A stretch of 63,656 nt of DNA, the filler included, from Nemertoderma westbladi (Eukaryota > Animalia > Xenacoelomorpha): NCBI GenBank assembly GCA_032718475.1. It is 4 parts of 4 records of this genome, joined end to end, with 100 filler letters (N's around TTAATTAATTAA, not from the genome) between each part and the next. Parts side by side here need not be neighbours in the genome. Positions count along the whole stretch, not along the records: positions 1 to 19,494 come from JAUCBJ010005702.1; 3 more parts are not named here. One strand, 5' to 3'. Positions 1-11,675 of the stretch are shown in pieces; position 1 is the first letter of the stretch; every line of letters starts with the position of its first letter. The translations under genes were made by a program, and so were the position numbers. The notes below the pieces were generated by a model, which had not been told where the DNA came from, made no database searches, and saw only the letters and a list, made by a program, of their open reading frames with translations.

Positions 1-20
1 CTAGATCAATTATTCACTTT

Positions 21-398
21 GGGGCCATCCAAGTATGACGTCTGCACTTTTCACCAAAATGTTGACCCCCTCCCTCCCCTAAATCAGATGTCATCAGATA
101 GGCGTTGACCCACCCCCCTCCCCTAAATCAGATTAAAATTTTTTTTGCGTCCTAATCAATGAAAGATGGTGACTGGTAACTGAAACAGAAGGTCGTGCTA
201 TGGGACTTCGAGGGTTTCGAACAATTAAAATAGGCAAGCTATTTACTCTTCTGCTATATCTCTTCTAGTACCTATAAATGACCATGCTGACGTCAGATTT
301 TGGCTGAACCCCTCCCCTCCCCTCATCAGCACGTCATCAGATTTTCCCAACCCCCCCCCCCCCCCCCTAAAGTACTGACGTCATACTTGGACGGCCCC
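21..398. mobile_element. MITE, PIF/Harbinger-like
   Basis: 30-bp TIRs GGGGCCATCCAAGTATGACGTCTGCACTTT (21-50) and 369-398 with 3 mismatches. Flanked by a 3-bp TTT direct repeat. No coding capacity. Confidence 0.8.
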
Positions 399-1167
399 TT
401 TGGTGTGGCGAATAAAATATTAAAATGTTCTCTGGAGTGATCCCAGCCTGTTGATGAAGGTCCCAGTAATGTTGCAATAACGGTAATTTATTATTACCGG
501 TATATATATCATTGTTCATTTAATTTTGTGTGTAAACTCTACGCCGACAACCACTGCCAACAATGGATATGAAAATGTATCCTGAGTTCGCGACTCTTGT
601 TTATTGTTTTGGTGACCCATCCACCGCCAAATACCAACCCCCCCCCCCCCCCCCCCCCCCCACCAAAAAAATGTTTCATTTAACATATATTTACAATAAC
701 TAATTGTTGTGGAATACTGTATATATTATTATTGATGACTACTGATTCGTATGCATGGTTGAAAATTTTGCACTTAATTTCAAGAATAATTCACTTTAGT
801 GCAAATAATTATAATTTATATAATGTTCTCTGGTATCTCTGGTGTGTTACAAAAGACCTCCACTTCCACCAGCTTAGGGTTATGTGTTACTTCCACAAAT
901 AATAATACATGTGTAATATAAATTGGGGGGGTTTATGCGCCTGTCGATTTATACGAATCGACAGGCGCAACAAAAGTATTTGGAATATTATGCCCATGTA
1001 TATTTATATATGTAAGCCTTCAAGTATAAACAAAACTGACCTTAACAAAATCAAGGTAGGCATTTGTTATTTTCCATCAGCAACATGGGCTTTAACTTTT
1101 AACTTTACATGGGATTAATAATACTGTAATATTCTAAAACAATACCACATGGCCAACGCCGTCGGCC

Positions 1168-2282
1168 ATGCACTCGCACGGCGCAAATGCTCCATTTGCG
1201 CTCTCCACCTGGATCGATACTCATCTAGAGTCAAGATGTGGTAGACCGAAATTTGATATATCAAAGGAAATCCTCACGTTCTTACATGAAAGTGGATTTA
1301 GATGGACCCAGATTTCAAAAATGTATGGTGTAAGCAGATCGACAATAATGGATCGAGTGCGAGAATATGAACTGGGTGTGCGTCGTCGCTATGACGACAC
1401 TAATGAAGAAGATTTAAAACGAATAATTGTAGAAATTCACCAACAATACCCTTATGCTGGGTGTAGATTTGTTAACTCGATACTTCGTAGCAGAAATGTT
1501 TTTGCTGGACTATCTAGATGGGGAGCGCTTGTCTTTCGTCGAAAGTTCAGCGTAAAGGCGGCCAACTCACTTTGGCATATAGATGGACACCATAGTCTCA
1601 TACGATGGAATTTAGTCCTGCATGGCGGAATTGATGGACATTCTAGACTAATTACTTACTTACAAATGTCTGGTAACAATTGTGCAACGACAGTGTTGCC
1701 TCTGTTTCTAGAGGCTGTTGATAAATATGGTTTGCCCTCTAGAGTTAGGGGAGACAAAGGAGGTGAAAACAGAAGTGTTGCAGAGTATATGATAAATCGT
1801 CGAGGTACAAACCGGGGAAGTTTCATAGCTGGTAGAAGTACACTGTACACACAACCAACGAATCGAACGTTTATGGAGGGATGTTTTTCGAACGGTTATT
1901 ATTGTGTACAGAACTACAAACTGTTTCACTGGTTTGAAGATAATCAATATTTAGACCCCTCAAATGTTCATGACATATATTGTTTACATACGGCATTCAA
2001 GCAGCGCATCAATACAGCCATGGAGATACCTCCATAGAGGACGAGCCAGGTGAAGTAAGTAATTATGGAATAGACTGGGAGGGTCCTGTAGTGGACGAAC
2101 AACAATCTGTTGTTGGTGTGACCAACATCAATATTCCCCTATCTGTAGAAGCTGAACAACGTTTACTGGGCGAAATTGCAGAACTGTTTGACAACAATGG
2201 TAATAACCATAACAATGGCCTTGACTGCTACCTATATTGCAAGGAATTTCTGGTTAATAATACAATTCTTGATTCTAACTGA
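1168..2282 (+). pseudogene. Eukaryotic IS3-like (IS3EU-type) DDE transposase/integrase, decayed
   Basis: N-terminal HTH (WTQISKMYGVSRSTI), then LWHIDGHH, HGGIDGHSR and PSRVRGDKGGEN. HNQRIERLWRDVF is recovered in another frame after a 7-nt insertion at 1843-1849. The C-terminus YGIDWEGP lies in ORF 1980-2282. Internal deletions and frameshifts are present. Confidence 0.75.
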
Positions 2283-2349
2283 ACAATAATTTTTCTCCTT
2301 ATTTTCTTTCCATTTTCTTTATAATAATGCGAGAACCTAAGAAAAGTTC

Positions 2350-2605
2350 AGATAGGGGGGGGGGGGGGGGGGGGGGGGGGGGTGGGGGGGGGAGGGGGGG
2401 AACTGGACGCAATAAAAATTTATCCCTCTCCAGGGGAAATTCGACGCAAATAACAGCTGATTACTCTCAAAAATAAAACTGTAACCTGTTCTATTGTGTT
2501 TAGTTTATTGTTTTGTTTAAAATAACGTGCTCCTGTAACCTGCTCCTTTCCCCAAATTGAGAATTTAATATTGAGGCGGGATATTAATTCGCCAAGATGG
2601 GATTT
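2350..2605 (+). mobile_element. Interspersed non-autonomous repeat, family A (core CTGTAACCTGCTCCTTT)
   Basis: Homologous to 30192-30370 and, inverted, to 62790-63020. Partial copies near 38640-38705 and 60290-60345. Confidence 0.7.
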
Positions 2606-3176
2606 GCGTCCAGTCCCCCCCCCCCCCCATCCCCCCCAAACCCCCACCCCCCTCACCCCCCCCAAACCCCCACCCCCCCCCCCCTGTCTCGAAAAGTTTT
2701 AATAATAACTATTTCATTCTTTATTTGTTATTTTCGTTCACTGTTCGATTATTACTTTCTATGATTTCGATTGTTTTCAATTTAAAATCTAATAATATGT
2801 GAATAATATTTGTTAGCATCAAATATGCAATAATATGCAATTATGCAATAAACTAGCCTGACTTTCTAATAACTACTGCAGCTAAAAAATAAGCAACGCA
2901 CAAACGTTTTTTAAATGACCAACAAACCTATAAAAAACACAGCTATCTTACCTCTAAAACAAACAAGAGGCAATGGGAGATACGTAATAGTTTATACTCA
3001 AAGGTAACTAACTAGGTATCTATACAGATAGTATATAAGTCTTATCTTAATCAACTAATTCAGTATCTCCAACAAACAATCTATACAGTCAGCATTCCTC
3101 TTCACGAACTGCAGTAACTAAGACATTAATTAATCTCCAACAAACAAAGACAGTATCTCAATTCGATTTCAATAAT

Positions 3177-4430
3177 CTATATGCGTCCGAAAACGAGGCC
3201 TCCTTCATAGTAGCTATTGAGAAGCAAGTCCTTCATATCATTTTCAGAATTAATGTGGTAAGGAACCATCATCTGGTAAGCACAAGTTGAGTAACTTAAA
3301 CGGCATTTGCAATTCACTTCTCTACACTCTTTAAACATTATGAATAGCCGGGGTATAAACGAGGGGGTTACTGATCCAAATAGCCATTTAAACAGAGCAT
3401 CCTTCGACAAACTCAGATTTCCAACAACTAACTGTGTGGATTCCAGGTCGGTTAAAATAGAACTCATCCAATACCGGTTGTCGGTTTCCTTGTTGAACGA
3501 ATTCGAGCCAGCTACAGAGCGGTTCATACAAGTAGCACTATCCCATATCTTGGCAAGCTTTAAGACCGGTGGTGGAACACACAAAAACTTATATAATATA
3601 CATTTCTTAAGGTTCACTTTGCTAACGACTTTAAGAAACTCATCTTTCAGTGGGTCAATTGCTCCTTTATTTTTTAATATAAGTGATTGCAAAAATAATT
3701 CTGAAATTCTCCGTTTATCTGCCAATGTTGGATTCTGTGGAATCAGAATGCCGGCCTCAATGCATTGCTCTCTAACTTCTTCTGAAAAGACGCCCGCCAA
3801 GATATCATTCGAAATAATACTTGGCACCTTACCAACTCCTTCTAAAAAATTCAAACAATTTGACCACTCATCGAACACAATATACCTGCTCACAATAGGA
3901 TGCAGGATGCTAAGCAACTGTTCGCCGTGTAGAAGAATGCTACCAATAATTTTACCGACTGCTTTAAAACTCCCATTCGACACCTTAACAACATCTACTA
4001 ATGCAGGCACAATGTAATCATCAATTGTTAGGAACATTGACGAGTTCAGCAAGGCTCCAATAACCGTACTAAACATATCTCGTCTGAGACCTCCATTGTC
4101 ACATCCAGACTCATCGTAGTAGTGAACCATAATCCCCTGAGTTATATCTATCTTTTCAATCTTCCGTATTAAATCCTGTAAAGCAGATGTACGGCGTATT
4201 GATATGTCTTGTAACTGGCTTGGTTCTACATAGTTCGGGGATAATGTATCGTAATCATAAAGAATCTGGACTTTACCAATCTCCTTTAATTCTGTAGTAG
4301 TAAATTTTGTCATTTTCTTGACATCATATTGTTTAACAACAGAATCTTCTTCTATAACCTCGACATCGGAATCAATTACATCATCCGGGCTAGCTTCAAG
4401 AATGTCTCTCCCATCCCAAGCCTGCAGCAT
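3177..4430 (-). CDS. HECT-domain E3 ubiquitin ligase-like protein (G2E3-like), C-terminal part
   Basis: ESGCDNGGLRRDMF matches the GxDxGGxxREFF motif. Also FKAVGKIIGSILLHG, WLFGS, a catalytic-Cys motif YSTC..MMVP, and a C-terminal FG. Intronless. Confidence 0.75.
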   Translation of the reverse strand: MLQAWDGRDILEASPDDVIDSDVEVIEEDSVVKQYDVKKMTKFTTTELKEIGKVQILYDYDTLSPNYVEPSQLQDISIRRTSALQDLIRKIEKIDITQGIMVHYYDESGCDNGGLRRDMFSTVIGALLNSSMFLTIDDYIVPALVDVVKVSNGSFKAVGKIIGSILLHGEQLLSILHPIVSRYIVFDEWSNCLNFLEGVGKVPSIISNDILAGVFSEEVREQCIEAGILIPQNPTLADKRRISELFLQSLILKNKGAIDPLKDEFLKVVSKVNLKKCILYKFLCVPPPVLKLAKIWDSATCMNRSVAGSNSFNKETDNRYWMSSILTDLESTQLVVGNLSLSKDALFKWLFGSVTPSFIPRLFIMFKECREVNCKCRLSYSTCAYQMMVPYHINSENDMKDLLLNSYYEGGLVFGRI

Positions 4431-4432
4431 TC

Positions 4433-5182
4433 CTACATGTATACCTGAGCTTTCGGTGCTTTGTTCAATGACATTGCATTGCCCGATTGAATATTTCCAC
4501 CAGTCACATTGGGGCTCATAAAAGACGGTAAATCCAAAGTAGAAAATGGACTATCTTCCTCTTCAAGAGTATCAACTCCTTTAAGTTGAACATAAATTGC
4601 CCTTTTCGCTGGAAACAGACAAGAAATGGCATCACCATTAAACTTGAAATTCTCGCTAACACATATGGGAGTAACTACCCTGTTGGGGGCCTTTACATAA
4701 GTAAACTCAGTAATGCAACTCGGGTGAGTTTCAAGCACAGATATGATTTTGTTTCTAATTCCCTCAGCTGTATCTACGCTACAGAAATCGAGCATGCAAT
4801 GCTTCACTATGTTAGAATGTTTGATAGTAATTAATTCATCTTTATAACGCTGCCCACGTACTACAACCATTGCCTTACTGAAAGTCGTTGCAGCTGGCCT
4901 TCCACGGGGAGAAGAAAGACGTGCTCGAGGTGGAGTTATTCGTCGTCGGCTTACTGACCCAGTTGGAACCGATGCATATGGTGCAAATTGACGATTTAGT
5001 TCAGCTATTAACTCACGCCTATTTGAACTAGGAACTGAAGCAATATCGCAACTGGTGCCACAATGTGAACAAAACTTATCCTCAGCACTAAGAGTTTTAC
5101 TGCAATTCTGGCAGATCATAGTTCTGCATTGACGGCGGGAAATTGTCAAATATTTTTTCAAGCTAAAAATCCAATCTGTCAA
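4433..5182 (-). CDS. Zinc-ribbon protein, probably the N-terminal half of the HECT gene separated by one frameshift
   Basis: CQNC-x10-CSHCG zinc ribbon. The HECT frame stays open upstream to about 4550, overlapping this ORF by about 120 nt. Confidence 0.55.
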   Translation of the reverse strand: MTDWIFSLKKYLTISRRQCRTMICQNCSKTLSAEDKFCSHCGTSCDIASVPSSNRRELIAELNRQFAPYASVPTGSVSRRRITPPRARLSSPRGRPAATTFSKAMVVVRGQRYKDELITIKHSNIVKHCMLDFCSVDTAEGIRNKIISVLETHPSCITEFTYVKAPNRVVTPICVSENFKFNGDAISCLFPAKRAIYVQLKGVDTLEEEDSPFSTLDLPSFMSPNVTGGNIQSGNAMSLNKAPKAQVYM

Positions 5183-5233
5183 TAATATTTTCCTAATAAA
5201 TGTTTTATATTGTACAGTATGTAGGCTTCTACA

Positions 5234-5492
5234 TACGGTGGCTGAATTCCAAAACTAATTATTAGAATGAAATGGTGACTTACATGTGGTGGTGAACAGG
5301 CATTATTCCTTGGCTTAATGGGCGCAGTGGCAGTACGGCTAATGTCGCGTTACGGAAAGTTGCGTTATGGCTAATCTCTCATAAAATTAGCCGTAACGAG
5401 ACATTAGCTGTAACGAGACCACACCGCTTAACGAGCCTAAAAGATACTCCCATTCATAATATAATTAATTTTGGCCCAATTCAGCCAACGTA
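5234..5492. mobile_element. MITE with TAC...GTA termini and 6-bp TSD
   Basis: Left end TACGGTGGCTGAATT-CCAAAACTAATTAT; right end (reverse complement) TACGTTGGCTGAATTGGGCCAAAATTAATTAT. Flanks TCTACA / TCAACA. Contains a nested palindromic repeat at about 5320-5430. Confidence 0.65.
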
Positions 5493-5515
5493 TCAACAGC
5501 ATAATACTAATAATG

Positions 5516-5795
5516 GCCCATGTGAAGAATACCAGACTTTCTGCCGTTATATTTCACTTTGCGGTTACCCCCATGTGAAGAATACCAGGTTTTGACCAAA
5601 AACACAGGTTACAGAAGGGCTGAATTTAACCAAAACAATAAACGAAATAGTATATGTATGTACAGGTTATAAGACAGAAATAAACGCATATAAAACATTT
5701 ATTAAAGATAAATTTAAAAAAAATAAAAAATCTTAATATAAAATTCCAATAAAAGGTCGTCCGAAAAGTGAAATCCTGGTATTCTTCACATGGGC
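5516..5795. mobile_element. MITE
   Basis: Inverted repeat GCCCATGTGAAGAATACCAG at both ends, plus an internal direct copy near 5570. Confidence 0.6.
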
Positions 5796-6239
5796 GTATG
5801 GGCGCTAATAATAAACTGTAACACTTAATATAGTACATCAATTTAATGGTTTGTTGAATTATTAATTTTTATTGAATTTAAAAGAATCACATTGTAGAAA
5901 TCATGCATCTGACTACTGCTAAACAAAAATTCAGTCCAGAATAGGGACCGCCACGCCGCACAGCGCCGCGCGCCAGGCAGCCCAAATGGCTATTATACCA
6001 AAGTACAAATACAATATTGCAACTCTGGCTTGTATAAACAAACATGCTTCCCTAAACTCGACACGACGCCCCTTAATACAGACAGGAGGCAGAGATAATG
6101 TTACGGTATGCTGAAATGAATGATATAGAAAGAAGGCCTATTTAATACCTATTATATATATCCCTATTGCACCTATAAGGGTATTTCCTCTGCTGCTATT
6201 GGATGGCCGTTTCCTACTGTCCCAATTAACAGCCAATCG

Positions 6240-7220
6240 CGATTTTTTTTCGCGAGATGTGTATTTTTCTCGCGAGTATAATCATTTATCTCGCGAGATT
6301 AATTATTTTCTCGCGAGTTTAATCATTTATCTCGCGAGATTAATTATTTTCTTGCGAGATTAATTATTTTCTCGCGAGTTTAATTATTTTCTCGCGAGTT
6401 TAATCATTTATCTCGCGAGATTAATAATTTTCTCGCGAGTTTAAACATTTATCTCGCGAGATTATTTATTTTCTCGCGAGTTTAATCATTTTTCTCGCGA
6501 GATTAATGATTTTCTCGCGAGTTTAATCATTTATCTCGCGAGATTATTTAATTTCTCGCGAGTTTAATCATTTATCTCGCGAGATTAATTATTTTCTCAC
6601 GAGTTTAATCATTTATCTCGCGAGATTAATTATTTTCTCGCGAGTTTAATCATTTATCTCACGAGATTAATAATTTTCTCGCGAGTTTAATAATTTATCT
6701 CGCGAGTTTAAACATTTATCTCGCGAGATTATTTATTTTCTCGCGAGTTTAATCATTTATCTCGCGAGTTTAATTAATTTCTCGCGAGATTAATGATTTT
6801 CTCGCGAGTTTAATCATTTATCTCGCGAGATTATTTAATTTCTCGCGAGTTTAATCATTTATCTCGCGAGATTAATTATTTTCTCGCGAGTTTAATCATT
6901 TATCTCGCGAGATTAATTATTTTCTCGCGAGTTTAATCATTTATCTCGCGAGTTTAATCATTTATCTCGCGAGATTAATTATTTTCTCGCGAGTTTAATC
7001 ATTTATCTCGCGAGGTTAATCATTTATCTCGCGAGGTTAATCATTTATCTCGCGAGATTAATTATTTTCTCGCGTGTTTAATCATTTATCTCGCGAGTTT
7101 AATCAATTATCTCGCGAGTTTAATCATTTTTCTCGTGAGTTTAATGATTTTCTCGCGAGTTTAATTATTTTCTCGCGAGTTTGATAATTTTCTCGCGAGT
7201 TTAATCATTTATCTCGCGAC
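6240..7220. repeat. Minisatellite of about 47 units of 20-21 bp centred on the palindrome CTCGCGAG
   Basis: Largely alternating units TTAATCATTTATCTCGCGAGA and TTAATTATTTTCTCGCGAGT. Confidence 0.95.
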
Positions 7221-7959
7221 TAAATTCAGAAGAATATCAAGGGGAAATAAAATGTCGAATAAAAATACTAAAAGTATGCCATACTAATCAACTTTTTAAA
7301 TATTATTAATGGCGAGCAGGACCAATTAAAGCCTGTAAGCTGAGCAAAACAGGATTGACCAGCTGCTTCCTCTACTTCCTATGGTAATAGTTTGTGTATA
7401 CCATGAGATCTTTCAGTGTTGCTTATATCTTTATCAAAAGATATTGAGCCTAAAGTTGTTACGTTGTAGTTCCCTACAGCAACCAGATTATTGGCTATGT
7501 TGTTAATTATAATACTATTATATAATTATTAGCTACTGATTTGTTTGTGATAAACTGTTCACCCGAGCCCGGACTTTGCTATAAATGGTTATCTGCCTGC
7601 TACTTACTTTTATAATCAATATTGTTTGAATATTTAGGTATGTGAAAGTCAAGATCCCAGTTAGGAAGTCTCCACCTAAACCCGTAATACCAGAAACTAT
7701 GTATTACCAATCCCTCTTGGTATCCATCTTAAGCAACACTCACCATCATTACTGAATACCCTGACATTATGAAATTGTTTGAGAAAGCAGTTTATATATT
7801 TTGATGATGAAAAATTTACACAATATGATTAAATAGATCACAGGATATCCCAGTTGTCTAACTAACTCTATGACGGTCTATAGGACTGCAGTGTAAGATT
7901 CTCAGTTGTCATAGACAATTAATAGGCAATTCTATAGTTTGAAAGAGGGTCATAAAAAA

Positions 7960-8637
7960 TTAATGAGGATCATCGCCCTGCTCTCTAATACACTAGCAGA
8001 TGCACAGCTTCTACTAAATAAAGTGGAGAGGGCTGCTAAGGAGGTTGGATTGCATAATGCTACAAAGACCGAATTCATGACTTTTAATGTTGATGGAAAC
8101 TTGACAACAATTGATAATAATCAAATGAGGAAGGTTGACGACTTCCAGTACCTTGGATCAAGGATATAGAGTAGCAAAAAATGCTTGGGTAGCTCTATCA
8201 AAAAGGATACCATGTGGAAATCAGATCTCTCCAGGCACCTGAAGACCAAGTTCTTTCGAGCCATAGTGGAAAGTGTACTTTTATACGGAGGTGAGACCTG
8301 GACACTGACGAAATCACTTGAACAACGAATTGATGGTTGCTACACAAGACTACTAAGGGCAGCCCTAAACATCAGCTGGAGACAACACATGACAAACGCC
8401 GAGCTTTATTGTTCAATACCACCTGTATCAACCACCCTCCGTGAACGCAGATTAAGATGCTGGAGAAGTAAAGACGAGGTCATACAGATCTAATTTTCTG
8501 GAGACCAACACATGGAACGTGTACCCGTGGATGACTGGCTATAACATATATAGACTAGCTGGAAAAGGACACTGAACTTGAGAGAAGAAGGAATTCATTA
8601 CCATTGTCCGAGTTCGCTCGACCTAGTAGTAGTAGTA
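7960..8637 (+). mobile_element. 5'-truncated RTE-type LINE (family 2), degenerate
   Basis: RT C-terminal motifs VDDFQYLGS, FFRAIVESVLLYGGETW and DGCYTRLLR. 3' end CCGAGTTCGCTCGACC followed by a (TAG)n tail. Confidence 0.8.
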
Positions 8638-8757
8638 TAGAAACAGTATACAGTCTACAATGTATACAAACTACAATATATATGGAAAATTAGAAACTAT
8701 AGTTTTTATTGATTTCTAGAATAAATATTATTCAAAGTAAGTTTTATGTACCGGTAC

Positions 8758-9306
8758 TTAACTCACTCGGTCTACAATAATACTCATTTGTATTGGGAGA
8801 ACCTTATCAATGAATCCAGCACTAGCACATTCGTTGTACCACCAACCATTACCACGGTCCTTCGCGCAGTTTTCATAACGTTCACCATCATTGTCTTTAT
8901 CTTTTGTAGAGAAAGGTAGATGAAAAAGTTTCTCTAACCCGTCATAATCAACATATCTTCTGTTCATGCCTTTCACATCTAGCTTATAATTTGTTTGACC
9001 AGATCCGACCTTGAATGATGAATATTCATTCAACATATGTAGTTTAATATTACCGAATTTTCCCCAATTATCGACTTTTAATCGACTTCCATTCTTAGTA
9101 AGACTGTGGATATGTTTCAATCCCAACCAATAGTCGCTGTTTACATCTCCAAATCCAGTGACATAATCATCCCATGTGCGGTTGAAGTCAGCTGTTCCAT
9201 CCAGTCGCTCTTCGATTACCAATGAAAGAGTTATTGCATTTGTAACGCAGTTTACCGAATCAATTTCGTGATAAATTGTTAATTCCGCACAGGTTTTCAC
9301 ATTTTC
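8758..9306 (-). CDS. Fibrinogen-related protein, exon 3 (second FReD domain)
   Basis: RLDGTADFNRTWDDYVTGFG, YWLGL, FSTKDKDND, CA...GWWYNEC. Phase-0 acceptor TTTAAG|GAA at 9307/9306. AATAAA about 50 nt after the stop. Confidence 0.8.
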   Translation of the reverse strand, partial: ENVKTCAELTIYHEIDSVNCVTNAITLSLVIEERLDGTADFNRTWDDYVTGFGDVNSDYWLGLKHIHSLTKNGSRLKVDNWGKFGNIKLHMLNEYSSFKVGSGQTNYKLDVKGMNRRYVDYDGLEKLFHLPFSTKDKDNDGERYENCAKDRGNGWWYNECASAGFIDKVLPIQMSIIVDRVS

Positions 9307-9579
9307 CTTAAATAATTAATAATTGAAAGAATTATTTCCCATTGAATAAATCCATCATGCAGATGTTTACTTAGGCCTAAAATACCAATTTGTTTGCTTA
9401 AAGTCAGGGAAAATTAGTGTAAAAGGGGTAATTATATAGAAATGTGTGGAAATAATAAGTAATATGTAAGTAAACTGAAGGTCTAACCCCTATCTAACTT
9501 AAGGTCTAACTCCTATCTAACTGAAGGTCTAACTCGTAAGGTCTAAATGGGGGATGGTTTAATACCATCCATACACATT

Positions 9580-10320
9580 TACTCCATGTTGGAAACAATA
9601 CACAAGCGGCACCCATTTGTGTTATAATTACACTCTCTCTGCATATGGTTGAAGTCACTTTCCTTTCATATTCCATGGAAATCAGACTTTCCTCTCCAAT
9701 ATGAGGAGGTTCAACAAGGGGACTCAGATGGAACCCCACTCTTTGGTGACACTCTGAACCTCATAATACTAATGCTGGAGTCCTCATCTGCTCGAGTCCT
9801 GGTACTTGGACGATGGGAACCTGGTGCAGACGATTACTGGGTTGTGCTTTGGGACCTGGTGAGGGTTTAGGTACAGATTGATGATAAACCATAGGAAGAG
9901 AGACCTCTTATTCCTAGTGCCAGATTCATTGGAGCCACCAGGAGTTATCTAAGAGCTACCAAACGCAGCTGTCAAATTCGCCCATGACTTTCAGAATGCA
10001 TATCTTCCCTCCCTCCAAATCGACCTCTTCATCTCAACCGTCCAGAGTGCTTGGATAAAACTCATCCATCAGAAGAACACCGTGGCTCACTGCCCAACCA
10101 ATCAATCTCATATGCCTAAACTCGCTGTATGATCCAGCTGCAGGTGTTGTCTCAATGCACTGCCAAGTTCGTAATTGGGGCGGAAAGTTGATGACTGCTA
10201 GATTTGAATAGCCATATCACACTGCTGTTAGGGTGCAAGGTAGTCGAGCCACACAATTGTCAATGAGGTAGTTAGGTGGGTGCTATTGGCCTACATGGCC
10301 TCTCCTGTCAAATTAATGCT
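9580..10320 (+). mobile_element. CRE-like non-LTR retrotransposon relic, copy A (in FREP intron)
   Basis: Degenerate RT motif GVQQGD and C-terminal LNALPSS...LG...EPHxC...GLHGLSC motif, with many stops. Confidence 0.55.
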
Positions 10321-10329
10321 GCCCAGTTG

Positions 10330-10570
10330 AAGGCATCAGCACAGTTAAATATACTGTCCAGGATTTGTAAGTTCTATAGAATAAATCAGAACCTTACGGT
10401 TCGATTATACATGGCAGAAGTAGTACCAATACTATTATATAGAAGTCCATGCTTGGTTATAACTGCAGAGGATACCAAATCTCTGGATGGCACTTTAACA
10501 AGAATTCTGCGCTGGGTTCATTGTATCAAGTACAATGCACACTTCTCCAATCAGACCATAATCTCCAATC
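10330..10570 (+). mobile_element. Diverged fragment of RTE family 1
   Basis: Translates VRLYMAEVVPILLY...AEDTKSLDGTLTR, similar to 31632-32637. Confidence 0.7.
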
Positions 10571-10579
10571 CACTGTGAC

Positions 10580-11530
10580 TCCATCCTGGAAACAATACAT
10601 GAACACCACCATTTTGTTTATAGTTGTTACACTATCACTGCATATGTGTGAAGCCACCTTCCTTTCTTCTTCAATTGAGATCAGACTATCCTCTCTAATG
10701 AGGAGGTTCAACAGGGAGTCTCAGATGGAACCCTCGGAACCCCATCATCCAGATGCTGGAGTCCTCATTAAATCTCTGGTACTTGGCCTGGACAATGGGA
10801 ACCTGGCCAACGATTACCAGGTTGGGTTTTGCAATCTGGTGAGGGTGAAAAGAAGAGGGGATGAGGTGCAGGTTGATCATAAACTCTGGGAAGAGAGACC
10901 TCTTCTTCTTAGGGCCAGATTCAGAGGAGTTTCGAACCCTAATCCAAGCAGATTTCGATAACATCTGTGCAAGCATCTAGTATCGACAGTTAGATAAGCT
11001 GGCCAAGCGTAGTGCCCCAATTGAAGCCATAAAAGTGTCTGGTGTCCGAGGTGGGTGATCTGTTGACACTCACTCCTCAATGCCCACCATGGGATCTTTC
11101 AGCCGAGAAACTCATTTGTGCCATTCTGCGGCTTATGTACTTCCTATGGACAGCACCAATTTTCTGCTTCCCTAGAGCTTGTGTGCTCTGGGAATATGAC
11201 TCTAGTATGGAGAATTGCTTACACATGCATTGAGGACAGCGCATGGGCCCATGCCTGCCTCCATTCTTGGGCGGTTGGTCTCAGACTGAGTTCCGAGGTG
11301 CAACTCGCACCTCCTACCTTTCTGATATCCAGGTTCATGGCTGCTTGCTCTACACTTTCTGACAACATATTCCATTAGGGCTACTAAACCCATCTGTCCA
11401 GTTTGCCCATGACTTCCAGAATGCATATCTTCCCTATCAATCAACCTCATCACTGCCCATCTCAAACATCCACCTCCCATGCCTAAATTAGCTATATGAT
11501 CAAGCCACGTGTTCTTATCTCAATGCGCTA
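10580..11530 (+). mobile_element. CRE-like non-LTR retrotransposon relic, copy B
   Basis: Paralogous to 9580-10150, sharing GAGGAGGTTCAACAGGG, GGAAGAGAGACCTCTT and GCCCATGACTT.CAGAATGCATATCTTCCCT. Confidence 0.55.
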
Positions 11531-11675
11531 CCAGCCTTTGTATGTATGTTCTTCCTAAATAAATCTACAAAGATTCTATACATTAGCGAAATCGTAAGTG
11601 ATAATACTAGTGATATCTAAAATTAAGAATTCAGGCTAAGGTGGGATGTCAATATATTATTATTGGATAACTTAC

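Noticed and set aside
2420-2665. Gly-rich 81-aa ORF
   Set aside because: It derives from poly-C/G tracts and repeat family A.
3307-4017. 236-aa plus-strand ORF
   Set aside because: It is the antisense shadow of the HECT gene and has no motifs.
6240-7220. CRISPR-like array
   Set aside because: There are no unique spacers, the linkers are near-identical, and the context is eukaryotic with no cas genes.
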